Below are positions 17,083-26,883 of a stretch of DNA of 64,000 nt, in pieces. The stretch is taken from positions 43,988 through 107,987 of the forward strand of contig JBFHFF010000005.1 in assembly GCA_041583775.1 (NCBI GenBank). The letters are read 5' to 3'. The notes under the pieces are model-generated. The model ran no database searches and was not told the DNA's origin. It worked only from the letters and a program-made list of their open reading frames with translations. This DNA comes from Candidatus Moraniibacteriota bacterium (GTDB lineage: Bacteria; Patescibacteriota; Minisyncoccia; Moranbacterales; DUUL01). A program made the translations under genes and the position numbers. The first letter of the stretch is position 1; the number at the start of each line of letters is the position of its first letter.

Positions 17083-18879
17083 TTATGCCTTCTTTTTTCT
17101 TTTGGCCTGAACTCTTTCATTCTCAGTCAAATATTGTTTTCTGAGACGAACACTTTTGGGTGTGATTTCTAGATATTCATCTTCACTCATAACACTCATT
17201 CCTCTTTCGAGTGTTAATTCAATTGGAGGTGTAAGTCTAATTGCTTCATCTGCTCCAGAAGAACGCATATTTGTAAGTTGCTTTCCCTTGATTGGGTTAA
17301 CAGTCATATCATCTCCACTGGTAACATTTCCGATTACCATTCCTTCATAAACCTCAGTTGCAGCATTGATATATAAACTTCCACGATTTTGAAGACTGTA
17401 TAATGAGAAGCCAAGAGCTTTACCAGTTTCTTTGGAAATCATTGATGAAGACTTGCTTTTTTCAATTTTTCCAGCATATGGTTTGAAACCAATTACACGA
17501 GTGTAGAGGATTCCTTCACCTTTCGTATCAACTACAAAATCATTTCGATAACCAAGTAATCCACGAGTTGGAATTTCAAAAATAATACGAGTAGTTTGAT
17601 TTTTTGTTTCCATAAACATTAAAATACCAGCTCTTCTTTGAAGTTTTTTGATTACAGTACCACTCATATCTTCTGGCACAGAAATTGTTACTTCTTCGAA
17701 CGGTTCTAGTTTTTGACCATCCTCCTCCTTGATGATGATGTTCGGTTGTGAGATTTGAATCTCAAATCCTTCTCGTCTCATATTTTCAAGTAAGATTGCA
17801 ATGTGCATTTCTCCTCGCCCGTATACCTTAAAGGCATCACCTGCTGAAAAATCAACTTTCAATCCAACATTAACTTCTAATTCCTTTTTGAGTCTTTCGC
17901 GAATTTGTTGTCCTGTAACGAAAGTTCCTTCGCGTCCAGCAAAAGGAGAGCTGTTAACAAGAAAATTAAGTGATATAGTAGGTTCATCTATTGAAATAGC
18001 TGGTAAAGTTTCAACGCTTTCTTTTTCACAAATCGTTTCACCAATACTGATATCAGAAAGTCCAGCAACCATAATGATATCACCAGCGCTAGCTTCTTTT
18101 ACCTCTTTCTTTTCTAGTCCTTCAAAAGTGAAAAGTTTTGTGATTTTTCCGTTTCTAATCGTGCCATCAACATTTTTAATTAATATTGTTGATGCATCAC
18201 GAATTGTTCCTGCATAGATCCTACAAATTGCAAGTCTCCCAAGGAAGTTATCATATCCTAAATTAAAAGATTGAGCTCTAAGATCTTCTTTTGCAAGTCC
18301 TTCGCCGGAAGCTGAAGGAACTTTTTCTAAGATGGCATCTAATATTGGTGAAAGATCTTTCATTTCGTCCCCTATTTCTTTTTTTGCAAGACCTTCACGA
18401 GCAATTGAATAAAGTGTTTGAAAACTAAGCTGTTCATCATTTGCCCCAAGATCCAGGAATAACTCATACACCATTTCTTCAACTTCACTGATTCTTGCTG
18501 CTGGTTTGTCTATTTTGTTGATTACCACAATTGGTTTTAGTCCAAGTTCAAGTGATTTTTTTAAAACAAACTTGGTTTGTGGCATTGGACCTTCTTGTGC
18601 ATCAACAATAAGTAAAACGCAGTCGATTGAACGCAAAACTCGCTCAACTTCACTTCCAAAATCTGCATGTCCCGGAGTGTCAACGATATTTATCTTTGTG
18701 TTTTTATATGTAACAGAGGTATTTTTTGAATAAATTGTGATTCCTCGCTCTTGTTCAAGAGCATTAGAGTCCATACTAACATCGGAAGTCGACATTCCTG
18801 TTTGTTGCATTAATGCATCAGTTAGAGTTGTTTTGCCATGGTCTACATGGGCGATGATTGCGATATTTTTGATTTCCAT
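17083..18879 (-). CDS. typA: Translational GTPase TypA/BipA
   Basis: MEIKNIAIIAHVDHGKTTLTDALM G1 motif, DTPGHADF G3, NKIDK G4, length 598 aa and domain order typical of BipA. Confidence 0.9.
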   Translation of the reverse strand: MEIKNIAIIAHVDHGKTTLTDALMQQTGMSTSDVSMDSNALEQERGITIYSKNTSVTYKNTKINIVDTPGHADFGSEVERVLRSIDCVLLIVDAQEGPMPQTKFVLKKSLELGLKPIVVINKIDKPAARISEVEEMVYELFLDLGANDEQLSFQTLYSIAREGLAKKEIGDEMKDLSPILDAILEKVPSASGEGLAKEDLRAQSFNLGYDNFLGRLAICRIYAGTIRDASTILIKNVDGTIRNGKITKLFTFEGLEKKEVKEASAGDIIMVAGLSDISIGETICEKESVETLPAISIDEPTISLNFLVNSSPFAGREGTFVTGQQIRERLKKELEVNVGLKVDFSAGDAFKVYGRGEMHIAILLENMRREGFEIQISQPNIIIKEEDGQKLEPFEEVTISVPEDMSGTVIKKLQRRAGILMFMETKNQTTRIIFEIPTRGLLGYRNDFVVDTKGEGILYTRVIGFKPYAGKIEKSKSSSMISKETGKALGFSLYSLQNRGSLYINAATEVYEGMVIGNVTSGDDMTVNPIKGKQLTNMRSSGADEAIRLTPPIELTLERGMSVMSEDEYLEITPKSVRLRKQYLTENERVQAKRKKKA

Positions 18880-19262
18880 AAAAAAGTAAAACCGCTCCTT
18901 TGTGAAACGGATAAAATTAAAACATAAAATTAGCGTATCTGAAAAATTTGTCTATATAATTGATACTACATTTTGGACTAAATGTCAACACTCTGTGACA
19001 CTTGGAATGCAATTGAATTATTGGTATTTATCTATTTTTCAGCTCAACCCTTGACTAAAAATCCTTTTTTTGCTTTATTCAACTCGTGCCTAAAAGCACA
19101 AAGGGCAACATGATTCTGTTGAAAAAGAATCTGTTGTTTTTTAGTACTTTAAAACCTAGTGGTTTAAGATAAATCTTCGTAAAAAGGAGGTGATGCAAAT
19201 AAAAACATTTTTGGCAATTATTTTTTATAATCTTTTCAACAAAAACAAGAAGGGGAATTAAA

Positions 19263-19592
19263 ATGAAGAAATTTTTAATCTTAGGTTTGATAATGGTGAA
19301 TCTTTTTCTTGGAACAAAATTTCTAAATGCTACCATATGTAGCACTGAACTAGGATCAATAAGTATTGGCAATACTATAGCAGATATGAAAGTTGTAGGT
19401 AATTTCGTATATGTTGCAGCTAGCAGATCACTTAAAATTATCGACATCACAGCTCGTGACAATCCTTGGGTTGTCTCAACCTTAACAATTCCCAATAATT
19501 GTTATGCTGGAGCTGTTGAATTTGTAAACAACACTGTTTATGTTTTAGATAGTGCAGGAAGGATTCACTCAATCAATGTGACTTACCCGTAG
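19263..19592 (+). CDS. LVIVD-repeat cell-surface protein, N-terminal part ending at in-frame TAG
   Basis: Signal peptide MKKFLILGLIMVNLFLG, repeats ...VGNFVYVAASRSLKIIDIT... and ...NTVYVLDSAGRIHSINVT... resemble LVIVD repeats; RBS aaggggaa. Confidence 0.55.
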   Translation: MKKFLILGLIMVNLFLGTKFLNATICSTELGSISIGNTIADMKVVGNFVYVAASRSLKIIDITARDNPWVVSTLTIPNNCYAGAVEFVNNTVYVLDSAGRIHSINVTYP

Positions 19593-19754
19593 AGTCCGAC
19601 TATTAATGAGATAATAACAGTCGGGGAGGATTCATACGATTATGGAAAGGATTTGTTTTTGAGAGATGGAAAATTATATGCGGTCTGTTTGGATAGCGGA
19701 CTTCATATTATCGATCTGGAAACATTTGATGAGATAGGATCTTTTCCATCGTAA
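19593..19754 (+). other. Same-frame continuation of LVIVD protein after TAG (SPTINEIITVGEDSYDYGKDLFLRDGKLYAVCLDSGLHIIDLETFDEIGSFPS)
   Basis: Codons 19593..19751 read in frame with 19263 ORF and continue the repeat pattern; TAA at 19752-19754. Confidence 0.5.
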
Positions 19755-19972
19755 CAACGATAAATTTCTCCTATCAAAGGTTGAATGTAACTGTTCTAAA
19801 GGATATTGGTATTAAATATAATATTTTATTTAAGCACAAAATAAATCTTTTGTCAATTACAACATTGCTCTTGTATTCTTGTTTATGGTATAATTAAAAA
19901 AGAATAAAAAATGAAAAAACTAAAGAAAATTTTAGTCTTATAAAAAGGATAATAAAAATTAAAAAAGGAAAA

Positions 19973-20611
19973 ATGATGAAAAAGAAAATCGCTGTTTTTG
20001 GTGTTGCAACACTTGCTTTTGCTTTGGGGGTCTGTTTCTCTGCTAGGGCCGCTTCTTCGAAATCTAACCTAGAAGGATCAGAAACAATGAAAGCTCAGCG
20101 AGCAGAAATAAGGGAGGATATGCAGGCACAGAAAGATGAGGTAAAAGAAAACAGAAAAGAAATTCAACAACAAAAAAAAGAGCGTAATTGTGAAAAAATT
20201 CAAAACAGAGTTAGGACGAGAATAAACAGATATGAAAACAAACAAGAACAGCACAGAAATGTTTTTGGAAAGTTGGCAATAAAAGGCGAAGAAATCTCTG
20301 CAAAATTTAAAGAGAAAGGTTTAGATACCTCAGCTTTAGATGATGCATTGGTAACTTTAAAAGAGAAAATTAAGAACTTGGAAATTGAACACCAGACTTT
20401 CATTGATGAGTTAGAGGCAACAGAAACCGTTACTTGTGGAGAGTTAGAGAATCAATTCAAGGAAAAACTTGGAGAAGCGAGAAAAATGTCTACACAAGTT
20501 AGAGCTGAAATAGTTGAAATTAGAGAATATTATCAAACAGTTTTAAGGGGAGAAATTCTAAAATTAAGAGATCAGTTAGAGGCTGAAAATGAAGTAGAGT
20601 TAGAGGAATAG
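19973..20611 (+). CDS. Secreted coiled-coil protein (212 aa)
   Basis: Signal peptide MMKKKIAVFGVATLAFALGVCFSARA then E/K/Q-rich heptad-like sequence. Confidence 0.5.
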   Translation: MMKKKIAVFGVATLAFALGVCFSARAASSKSNLEGSETMKAQRAEIREDMQAQKDEVKENRKEIQQQKKERNCEKIQNRVRTRINRYENKQEQHRNVFGKLAIKGEEISAKFKEKGLDTSALDDALVTLKEKIKNLEIEHQTFIDELEATETVTCGELENQFKEKLGEARKMSTQVRAEIVEIREYYQTVLRGEILKLRDQLEAENEVELEE

Positions 20612-20685
20612 TAAATAAACTAATTTTATTCATTAGTTTGTGAGTTCGTATAAATTAAATATGTTTTTAAGATAAATTTAAAAAA

Positions 20686-21018
20686 ATGGTTAACAAAAAG
20701 ATCAAATTTACACTGATGTTGGCGTCAGTAATCGTCATTCCCTTTATACTTTCTGCTTGTGGTCAGAATGAAAAAGAACAAAATGGGAATGTTATCCAAG
20801 ATAATGCACGGCAACAAAATTATCCAGTTATGGATGAAAAGGGAATGGCCACAGAACCATCAGCTGTTGATAAAATTGAATTTTCAGACCCAGGAAATGA
20901 CGAGATTGGAAACGATATCAAAGAGATGGATGCTTTATTAAACCAAACAACGCCTAGTGAATATAACGAGGAAGACTTGTCGGATGGTGCAATTGAAGAA
21001 GAGGTTGAGATGAAATAG
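20686..21018 (+). CDS. Acidic lipoprotein (110 aa)
   Basis: Lipobox LSAC after hydrophobic signal; followed by terminator 21050..21082. Confidence 0.5.
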   Translation: MVNKKIKFTLMLASVIVIPFILSACGQNEKEQNGNVIQDNARQQNYPVMDEKGMATEPSAVDKIEFSDPGNDEIGNDIKEMDALLNQTTPSEYNEEDLSDGAIEEEVEMK

Positions 21019-21049
21019 TCTTGATTACACAACAGAAAATAAGTTTACA

Positions 21050-21082
21050 AAAAAGACCTTGGTTTAAAGAAGGTCTTTTTTT
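21050..21082 (+). terminator. Rho-independent terminator
   Basis: aagacctt-ggtttaaag-aaggtctt then ttttttt. Confidence 0.6.
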
Positions 21083-21141
21083 ATAGGCAATATTCTAGTA
21101 TAATAAATTTAAATATAAAAATTTGAATATAAAATAAAAAA

Positions 21142-23085
21142 ATGTTTAAAACTTTTTTTATCAGAACTTTTTTGTTAGTTAGTGTTTTTTTTATTTTTCA
21201 TGGAAATGCACTTGCAATTGAAGATCGAGGTGCTTTTTTTATAACTAAATTTGATGTTGGAATTTTTGTAAAAAAGAATGCAATTATTGAAGTAGAAGAG
21301 GCGATAGATGTTACTTTTTCCGAAGAAAGGCATGGAATTTTTCGAAAAATCCCAGTTAAATATACAGATGAAAATGGTTTTAAATATAAAATGAGAATGC
21401 GCAATGTTTCAGTTTCTGATGGAGCTGGGCATAATTTTGAGTTTACAAAATATAATGAAGGAAATGATATTGTCTTGAAAATCGGAAATCCAGACACGGA
21501 AGTGATTGGGCCTGTGAGATATGTGATTAGATATGAAATTCAAAGAGGTGTGCGTTTTTTTGATGACCACAATGAAATTTATTGGAATCCAATTGGAAAT
21601 GGTTGGTCAACCACAATTGAAAATGCTTCGAGCACCGTGCATTTTGAAGAAAGTCTTATTTTTCCCAAAGAGAGTTTGATTTGTTTCACTGGAGAGTTTG
21701 GATCCAGAGAGCGAGATTGTAGCATAAGAATAATTTCGGATCGAGATGTTAAATTTAGTGCGACTAAATTACTTAAGGAATTTGAGGGTCTGACAATTGC
21801 TATTAATATTCCCAAGGGAATGATTGATGAACCTAGTAGATGGGAATATTTTATTTCATTTTTAGTTGATAATTGGGCTTTTATAATTCCAATTATTGTT
21901 CTAGGGGCTATGTTTTATATTTGGAAATATAAAGGAAAAGAATTGGAGTTGAAAAGAACCATAATCTCTCAATATGGACCGCCAGATAATTTGACGCCTG
22001 GTGAATTGGGATTTTTGTTAAAAGAAGAATATAAAAATAATTTTATTTCCGCTGACATTGTTAATTTGGCAGTAAAAGGGTATTTAGAAATTCGAGAAAT
22101 TGGTGTAAATGGGCTTAGCGCTGAAATGGCGAAAATTGTTAAAAAAATCTCTAGTAAAAAAACAGTATTTTTCAGGACATTTTTTGTAATAGTGGTGATA
22201 GGTTTAGTAGTTTTGTTTTTGGTGAAAAAAGTATTTATAATTAACCCAGGTAGTTCATTTTTCGGTGCCTTTATTTTCTTAGTAGTTTTTTTGGTGATTC
22301 TATTTCTTAATTTAAAAAACTTTAAGGGAAGATTTTTATTAAATGGAATATTTGACTATGAGCTTGAAAATAAAAAAGATTGGAGGAATGCAGAAGAATT
22401 GACGAATCATGAAAAAGTTTTGATGGAAGGTTTGTTTGACGATAATGTTTTGGGCAAGGTAAAACTTTCTAAAAAGAGGAATTTCTATCAAGATGTGAAT
22501 ATTGCGACTAAAAAAGTCGAAGCACAAATCGATGCTAAGGGATATTTTGAAAAATCTATTTATAACAATAAGTCTTTATATATAGTAATTGGAATCGTAT
22601 CTGGATTTGGAATGTTTTTTGTGGGGGCTTTTTATCAAAGATTAGATTTTTTTATTAGTGCTATTTTGGTGGCACTTATTTTAATTGGTTTTGGAGTTTT
22701 GATGTCCAGAAAGACCAAAAAGGGAGCAGAAGCTTATTGGCATGCAATTGGGTATCAATATTATATTGATATTGCTGAGAATCACAGGGCTAGGTTCTAT
22801 GAGGAGGAAAATATTTTTGAAAAAACACTTCCATATGCAATGGTTTTTGGAAATGTAGATAAGTGGGCAAAAGCATTTGAGGGTTTAATAAAAAAGCCGC
22901 CAAATTGGTATCGCTCTGATTCTACTAATACTTATTTTGCACCAGCAATCTTTGCAAGTTCTTTGAATCAAAGCTTTTCTGCGGTAACAAAATCAATTTC
23001 CTCTCCTCCTAATTCTTCTTCTAGTGGTTTTTCAGGTGGCTCTTCGGGCGGAGGTGGAGGAGGAGGTGGAGGAGGAAGTTGGTGA
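21142..23085 (+). CDS. DUF2207-like membrane protein with Gly-rich C-terminal tail
   Basis: Signal peptide, extracytoplasmic N-domain (GIFRKIPVKY...YVIRYEIQRGV), several TM helices, C-terminal SSGFSGGSSGGGGGGGGGGSW tail as seen in DUF2207 proteins (from memory). Confidence 0.5.
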   Translation: MFKTFFIRTFLLVSVFFIFHGNALAIEDRGAFFITKFDVGIFVKKNAIIEVEEAIDVTFSEERHGIFRKIPVKYTDENGFKYKMRMRNVSVSDGAGHNFEFTKYNEGNDIVLKIGNPDTEVIGPVRYVIRYEIQRGVRFFDDHNEIYWNPIGNGWSTTIENASSTVHFEESLIFPKESLICFTGEFGSRERDCSIRIISDRDVKFSATKLLKEFEGLTIAINIPKGMIDEPSRWEYFISFLVDNWAFIIPIIVLGAMFYIWKYKGKELELKRTIISQYGPPDNLTPGELGFLLKEEYKNNFISADIVNLAVKGYLEIREIGVNGLSAEMAKIVKKISSKKTVFFRTFFVIVVIGLVVLFLVKKVFIINPGSSFFGAFIFLVVFLVILFLNLKNFKGRFLLNGIFDYELENKKDWRNAEELTNHEKVLMEGLFDDNVLGKVKLSKKRNFYQDVNIATKKVEAQIDAKGYFEKSIYNNKSLYIVIGIVSGFGMFFVGAFYQRLDFFISAILVALILIGFGVLMSRKTKKGAEAYWHAIGYQYYIDIAENHRARFYEEENIFEKTLPYAMVFGNVDKWAKAFEGLIKKPPNWYRSDSTNTYFAPAIFASSLNQSFSAVTKSISSPPNSSSSGFSGGSSGGGGGGGGGGSW

Positions 23086-23229
23086 TGAGTTATTAGCATA
23101 AACCCTAAATTATATCTAGAATATTTTTTTGAAAACTTAAAATATATATTGCGTATTTAACTTGTGAGGTGAAAAACACAAAGTTGTGTTTTTTTGTTAA
23201 TATTAAATTTAATTTGGAATTTTAAAAAA

Positions 23230-24471
23230 ATGAGTATCGTTAAAAAAACAGGAGCTTGGTTCTGGAAGAATAAAATTAAATTAATTCTTTTTATTGTTTT
23301 GATTGGTGGCGGAGTTTATTATTGGCAAAAAAAACAAAATACTGCAAATTCCAATGAAGTCAACAAACTGAAAACAGCCGTTGTTGAAATGGGGGATATT
23401 GAAGTTTTAGTTTCTGGAAGTGGTCAGGTGGAAGCTGCAAGTCAAGTTGATCTTAAACCACAAGTAGCTGGTGATGGGCTTGATATTGTTAGTGTTGCAG
23501 TGGAAAATAATCAGGAAGTTAAAAAGAACGACCTTATTGCAACACTAGACACTACGGATGCTTTGAAAACTTTAAGGGATGCGGAACTTAGTTTGCGAGC
23601 TTCGGAAATTAAACAAACACAAGTTAATGATACGAGTGATAATCAAACAAAAGAAGATAAACTTATAAGGCAAACTCAAGAAGCTGATGTTCAGCAAAAA
23701 GTAAACAAGCTTACTGATGCGAAAAGTGAACTGGAGGATTATTATATTAGAGCTCCATTCGATGGTGTTGTTACTGGCCTTGATTTTTCAGCTGGAGATT
23801 CAGTTTCTCGAGATGAAATTCTGGCCTCTGTTATAACAAAAGAAATGATAGCAACAATTTCTTTGAATGAAGTTGATGCAGTAAAAGTTGAAAAAGGAGC
23901 CGTTGTTAATTTGACATTTAGTGCTCTAGACGATGTTAAAGCAACGGGAGAAGTTTCTAAGATTGATACAATTGGAACTGTTTCACAGGGAGTGGTTTCT
24001 TATGATGCGGAGATTGCTTTTGATGCAAGTGAAGTTGTGGGACTAAAACCAGGAATGAGCGTTGAAGCTGAGATTATTACAGAGTCAGCAGAAAATGTTA
24101 TGACGGTACCTACTTCAGCGGTTCAATCAAGTCCAAATGGTGAAGATTATGTAATTGTTGTTGAAAAAGGTCTTACCTTTGAGGAATTATCTGCTAAGTT
24201 AGACTCTACGCCAGGTCCAACAAAAGGTGCTAGGTCTTTAAATATGCCAGAAGGATTGAAAAGGGTCGTAGTAACAGTTGGTGTTACGGATGATGTAATG
24301 GTAGAAATTTCAGGAGAAATTTCCGAAGGTGAAACTGTTCTGACTCAAACAGTGGAGTCACTTAAGACAACCAGTGCAACTACCAGTAAAAGTGAAGACT
24401 CTTCATCTGCTGGTAAAAGTCTGATTCCAACTATGGGAGGAGGAGGTCAAAGGGGTGGTGGAGGAAGATAG
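23230..24471 (+). CDS. Efflux periplasmic adaptor subunit (HlyD/MacA family) with Gly-rich C-terminus
   Basis: N-terminal TM, long helical hairpin region, beta-barrel region (IRAPFDGVVTGLDFSAGDSV); followed by ABC ATPase and FtsX permease. Confidence 0.7.
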   Translation: MSIVKKTGAWFWKNKIKLILFIVLIGGGVYYWQKKQNTANSNEVNKLKTAVVEMGDIEVLVSGSGQVEAASQVDLKPQVAGDGLDIVSVAVENNQEVKKNDLIATLDTTDALKTLRDAELSLRASEIKQTQVNDTSDNQTKEDKLIRQTQEADVQQKVNKLTDAKSELEDYYIRAPFDGVVTGLDFSAGDSVSRDEILASVITKEMIATISLNEVDAVKVEKGAVVNLTFSALDDVKATGEVSKIDTIGTVSQGVVSYDAEIAFDASEVVGLKPGMSVEAEIITESAENVMTVPTSAVQSSPNGEDYVIVVEKGLTFEELSAKLDSTPGPTKGARSLNMPEGLKRVVVTVGVTDDVMVEISGEISEGETVLTQTVESLKTTSATTSKSEDSSSAGKSLIPTMGGGGQRGGGGR

Positions 24472-24501
24472 TCTTCTAAATTTCGTAAATAATTTAAAGA
24501 A

Positions 24502-25194
24502 ATGATAAAGTGTAAAAATTTAGTCAAGATATATAAAAATGGTGATAATGAAACCTGGGCTCTAAAAAATGTTTCATTCGAGATTAAAAAGGGGGAATTC
24601 GTTGCCATTATGGGACCATCTGGAAGCGGAAAATCGACACTAATGAACATTATTGGTGCTTTGGATAATCCAACAAGTGGTTCATATTTTCTTGAAGGGA
24701 AAGATGTTGCAAAGCTATCAGAAGATGATCTTGCTGAAATTAGAAATAATAAAATTGGTTTTGTTTTTCAGGCTTTCAATTTACTTTCAAGAACAACGGT
24801 TATGAGAAATGTAATGTTGCCACTTTTTTACAACAAGCTTCCAAAAAATGAAAGAAAAAAACGAGTCGAAGAGTCCTTAAGGGCGGTAAATCTAGATCCT
24901 AATCGTTGGGACCATCTTTCGAATCAACTTTCTGGTGGTCAAATTCAAAGAGTTGCTATTGCGAGAGCTCTTGTGAATCATCCGTCTTTAATTTTGGCTG
25001 ATGAGCCAACGGGTAATTTGGACACTAAAACTGGTGATATGGTTATGGATACTTTTAGAAAGTTGAATGGGGAAAACGGACACACAATTGTTTTGATTAC
25101 ACACGAACCTGAAATAGCAGAGCATGCAGATCGAATCATTCATGTTAGAGATGGTGAAATTGAAAAAGATGTTAAAACTAACAATAAACACTAA
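24502..25194 (+). CDS. ABC transporter ATP-binding protein (MacB/LolD-like)
   Basis: Walker A GPSGSGKST, signature LSGGQIQRVAIARAL, Walker B LILADEPTGNLD, H-loop ITHEP. Confidence 0.85.
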   Translation: MIKCKNLVKIYKNGDNETWALKNVSFEIKKGEFVAIMGPSGSGKSTLMNIIGALDNPTSGSYFLEGKDVAKLSEDDLAEIRNNKIGFVFQAFNLLSRTTVMRNVMLPLFYNKLPKNERKKRVEESLRAVNLDPNRWDHLSNQLSGGQIQRVAIARALVNHPSLILADEPTGNLDTKTGDMVMDTFRKLNGENGHTIVLITHEPEIAEHADRIIHVRDGEIEKDVKTNNKH

Positions 25195-25203
25195 ATTAGA
25201 AAA

Positions 25204-26412
25204 ATGAAGTTTTCAGATTTAATATATGAAACCTTTATCTCGATAGCCACCAATAAGGTTCGTTCAAGTTTAACGGTCTTGGGAATTGTGATTGGGATTG
25301 CTTCAGTAATTGTTATGATTGCTATAGGTAGAGGTGCACAAGGGAGTATTCAGGATGAAATTGCAAAAATTGGTTCAAATCTTTTGAGTATTAGACCAGG
25401 ATCTCAGCAAGGGCCAGGACAACAAGTGAGTCAAGGTCAAGGATCTGCACAATCACTAACAATGGAAGATATCACCTATATAGAGGAAGGCATTGAATCG
25501 GTGAAAGCTGTGGCACCAGTTGTATCGGGAAATTACCAAGTTATTGCTACAGGAACAAACACTAGAACCTCTGTTACGGGAACAACTCCAAATTATACAG
25601 AAATTAAGAGCTTTGAAATTGAAGACGGATCATTTTTCACTGATAGTCAAGTAAATAAACTTGCTAGAGTTGCAGTACTTGGTCCTGACACAGTAACAGA
25701 TCTTTTTGGAGAAGGGGCTTCTGTGGTTGGTGAAAAAATTACTATTGATGGGGTTAATTTTGTTATTAGTGGTGTAACGGTCGCTAAAGGAACACAAGAT
25801 GATTTGATTTTCATTCCTATCACAACAGCGCAACAATATTTGGTTGGAGATGAAAAGCTTTCTCAGATTGAGATTCAAGTAAATTCACAAGAAGAGATGG
25901 ATGCTGCAGAAACTGAGATAGAGGCTTTGCTTTTAGAGAAGCACGGGATTGATGATCCAGAAGAGGCAGATTTTAGAATTATGAATCAAGCTGATATTAT
26001 AGCCACCGCCTCTTCTGTTACAGGAACTCTTACGGTCTTGTTGGGAGCTGTAGCTGGAATTTCTTTAGTAGTTGGAGGTATCGGGATTATGAATATGATG
26101 CTAACAACCGTTACTGAAAGAACGCGCGAAATTGGTCTTCGAAAAGCAATTGGAGCGAAAAGAGATGATATCACAAAACAATTTCTTTATGAATCAATTG
26201 CGCTGACTTTCTTCGGTGGTTTGATTGGGGTTATTCTTGGATATGTAGTTTCTTTTGGATTAGAAAAATTTATTGGCTTAGCATCAGATATTTCTGGTTT
26301 TTCAATTGCATTAGCCTTTGGAGTCTCAGCCTTAATCGGTATTGTTTTTGGATATTATCCATCAAAAAGAGCTGCTAAGTTAAATGCAATCGAAGCGCTT
26401 CGCTATGAATAA
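25204..26412 (+). CDS. ABC transporter permease, FtsX/MacB-type with large periplasmic domain
   Basis: 4 TM topology with extracytoplasmic domain between TM1 and TM2 and C-terminal FtsX-like region (MLTTVTERTREIGLRKAIGA). Confidence 0.8.
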   Translation: MKFSDLIYETFISIATNKVRSSLTVLGIVIGIASVIVMIAIGRGAQGSIQDEIAKIGSNLLSIRPGSQQGPGQQVSQGQGSAQSLTMEDITYIEEGIESVKAVAPVVSGNYQVIATGTNTRTSVTGTTPNYTEIKSFEIEDGSFFTDSQVNKLARVAVLGPDTVTDLFGEGASVVGEKITIDGVNFVISGVTVAKGTQDDLIFIPITTAQQYLVGDEKLSQIEIQVNSQEEMDAAETEIEALLLEKHGIDDPEEADFRIMNQADIIATASSVTGTLTVLLGAVAGISLVVGGIGIMNMMLTTVTERTREIGLRKAIGAKRDDITKQFLYESIALTFFGGLIGVILGYVVSFGLEKFIGLASDISGFSIALAFGVSALIGIVFGYYPSKRAAKLNAIEALRYE

Positions 26413-26436
26413 TTGAATTTTTTCAATATGAAATAA

Positions 26437-26466
26437 AAAACAGATTTCAGAGATCTGTTTTTTATT
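26437..26466. terminator. Bidirectional terminator between convergent genes
   Basis: aaaacagat-ttcagag-atctgtttt then tttatt. Confidence 0.6.
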
Positions 26467-26493
26467 CCACTAATTTGAATCTTATAAAATAAG

Positions 26494-26802
26494 TTAGAGT
26501 TTGAATTTTTCCACAGCGAGATATATTCTAGTTAACTCTTCCTTGACCTCAGGTGTCTCATAGTCTGCTTTGTGGGCAGTTTGTCCCTCATATCTAGTTT
26601 TTGATTGATCTAGATGTAAATCAAAAACAATTTCCCTGGGAGTTTCTTTGAGGTATAAATGAAAACGAGGATAATGATGTCTTGTTAATTTTCGCACATA
26701 GCTGGTTTTGCCAGAAATATAGTCTTCAATTTGTAGATACCCTAAACGGCTAACTATCATAGCTGGGGAATGTGATAAATTATTTGGTAATCTAAATTTC
26801 AT
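26494..26802 (-). CDS. Hypothetical protein (102 aa)
   Basis: Intact ORF; no family recognised. Confidence 0.4.
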   Translation of the reverse strand: MKFRLPNNLSHSPAMIVSRLGYLQIEDYISGKTSYVRKLTRHHYPRFHLYLKETPREIVFDLHLDQSKTRYEGQTAHKADYETPEVKEELTRIYLAVEKFKL

Positions 26803-26883
26803 ATAATTGAGTTGAGAAAGATTTTTTAGCGTGTTAGAATATGGGTGTATAATTCAAGGAAGGAATGTTTTTAAATAAATCAA

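Noticed and set aside
19079-19495. Minus-strand ORF overlapping the LVIVD gene start
   Set aside because: It is antisense to a gene with signal peptide and good RBS, has no RBS of its own, and its translation is low-complexity.
23038-23080. GGN codon repeat considered as a non-coding VNTR or repeat element
   Set aside because: It lies in frame at the 3' end of a long ORF and encodes a poly-Gly tail, so it is coding low-complexity and not an independent repeat element.
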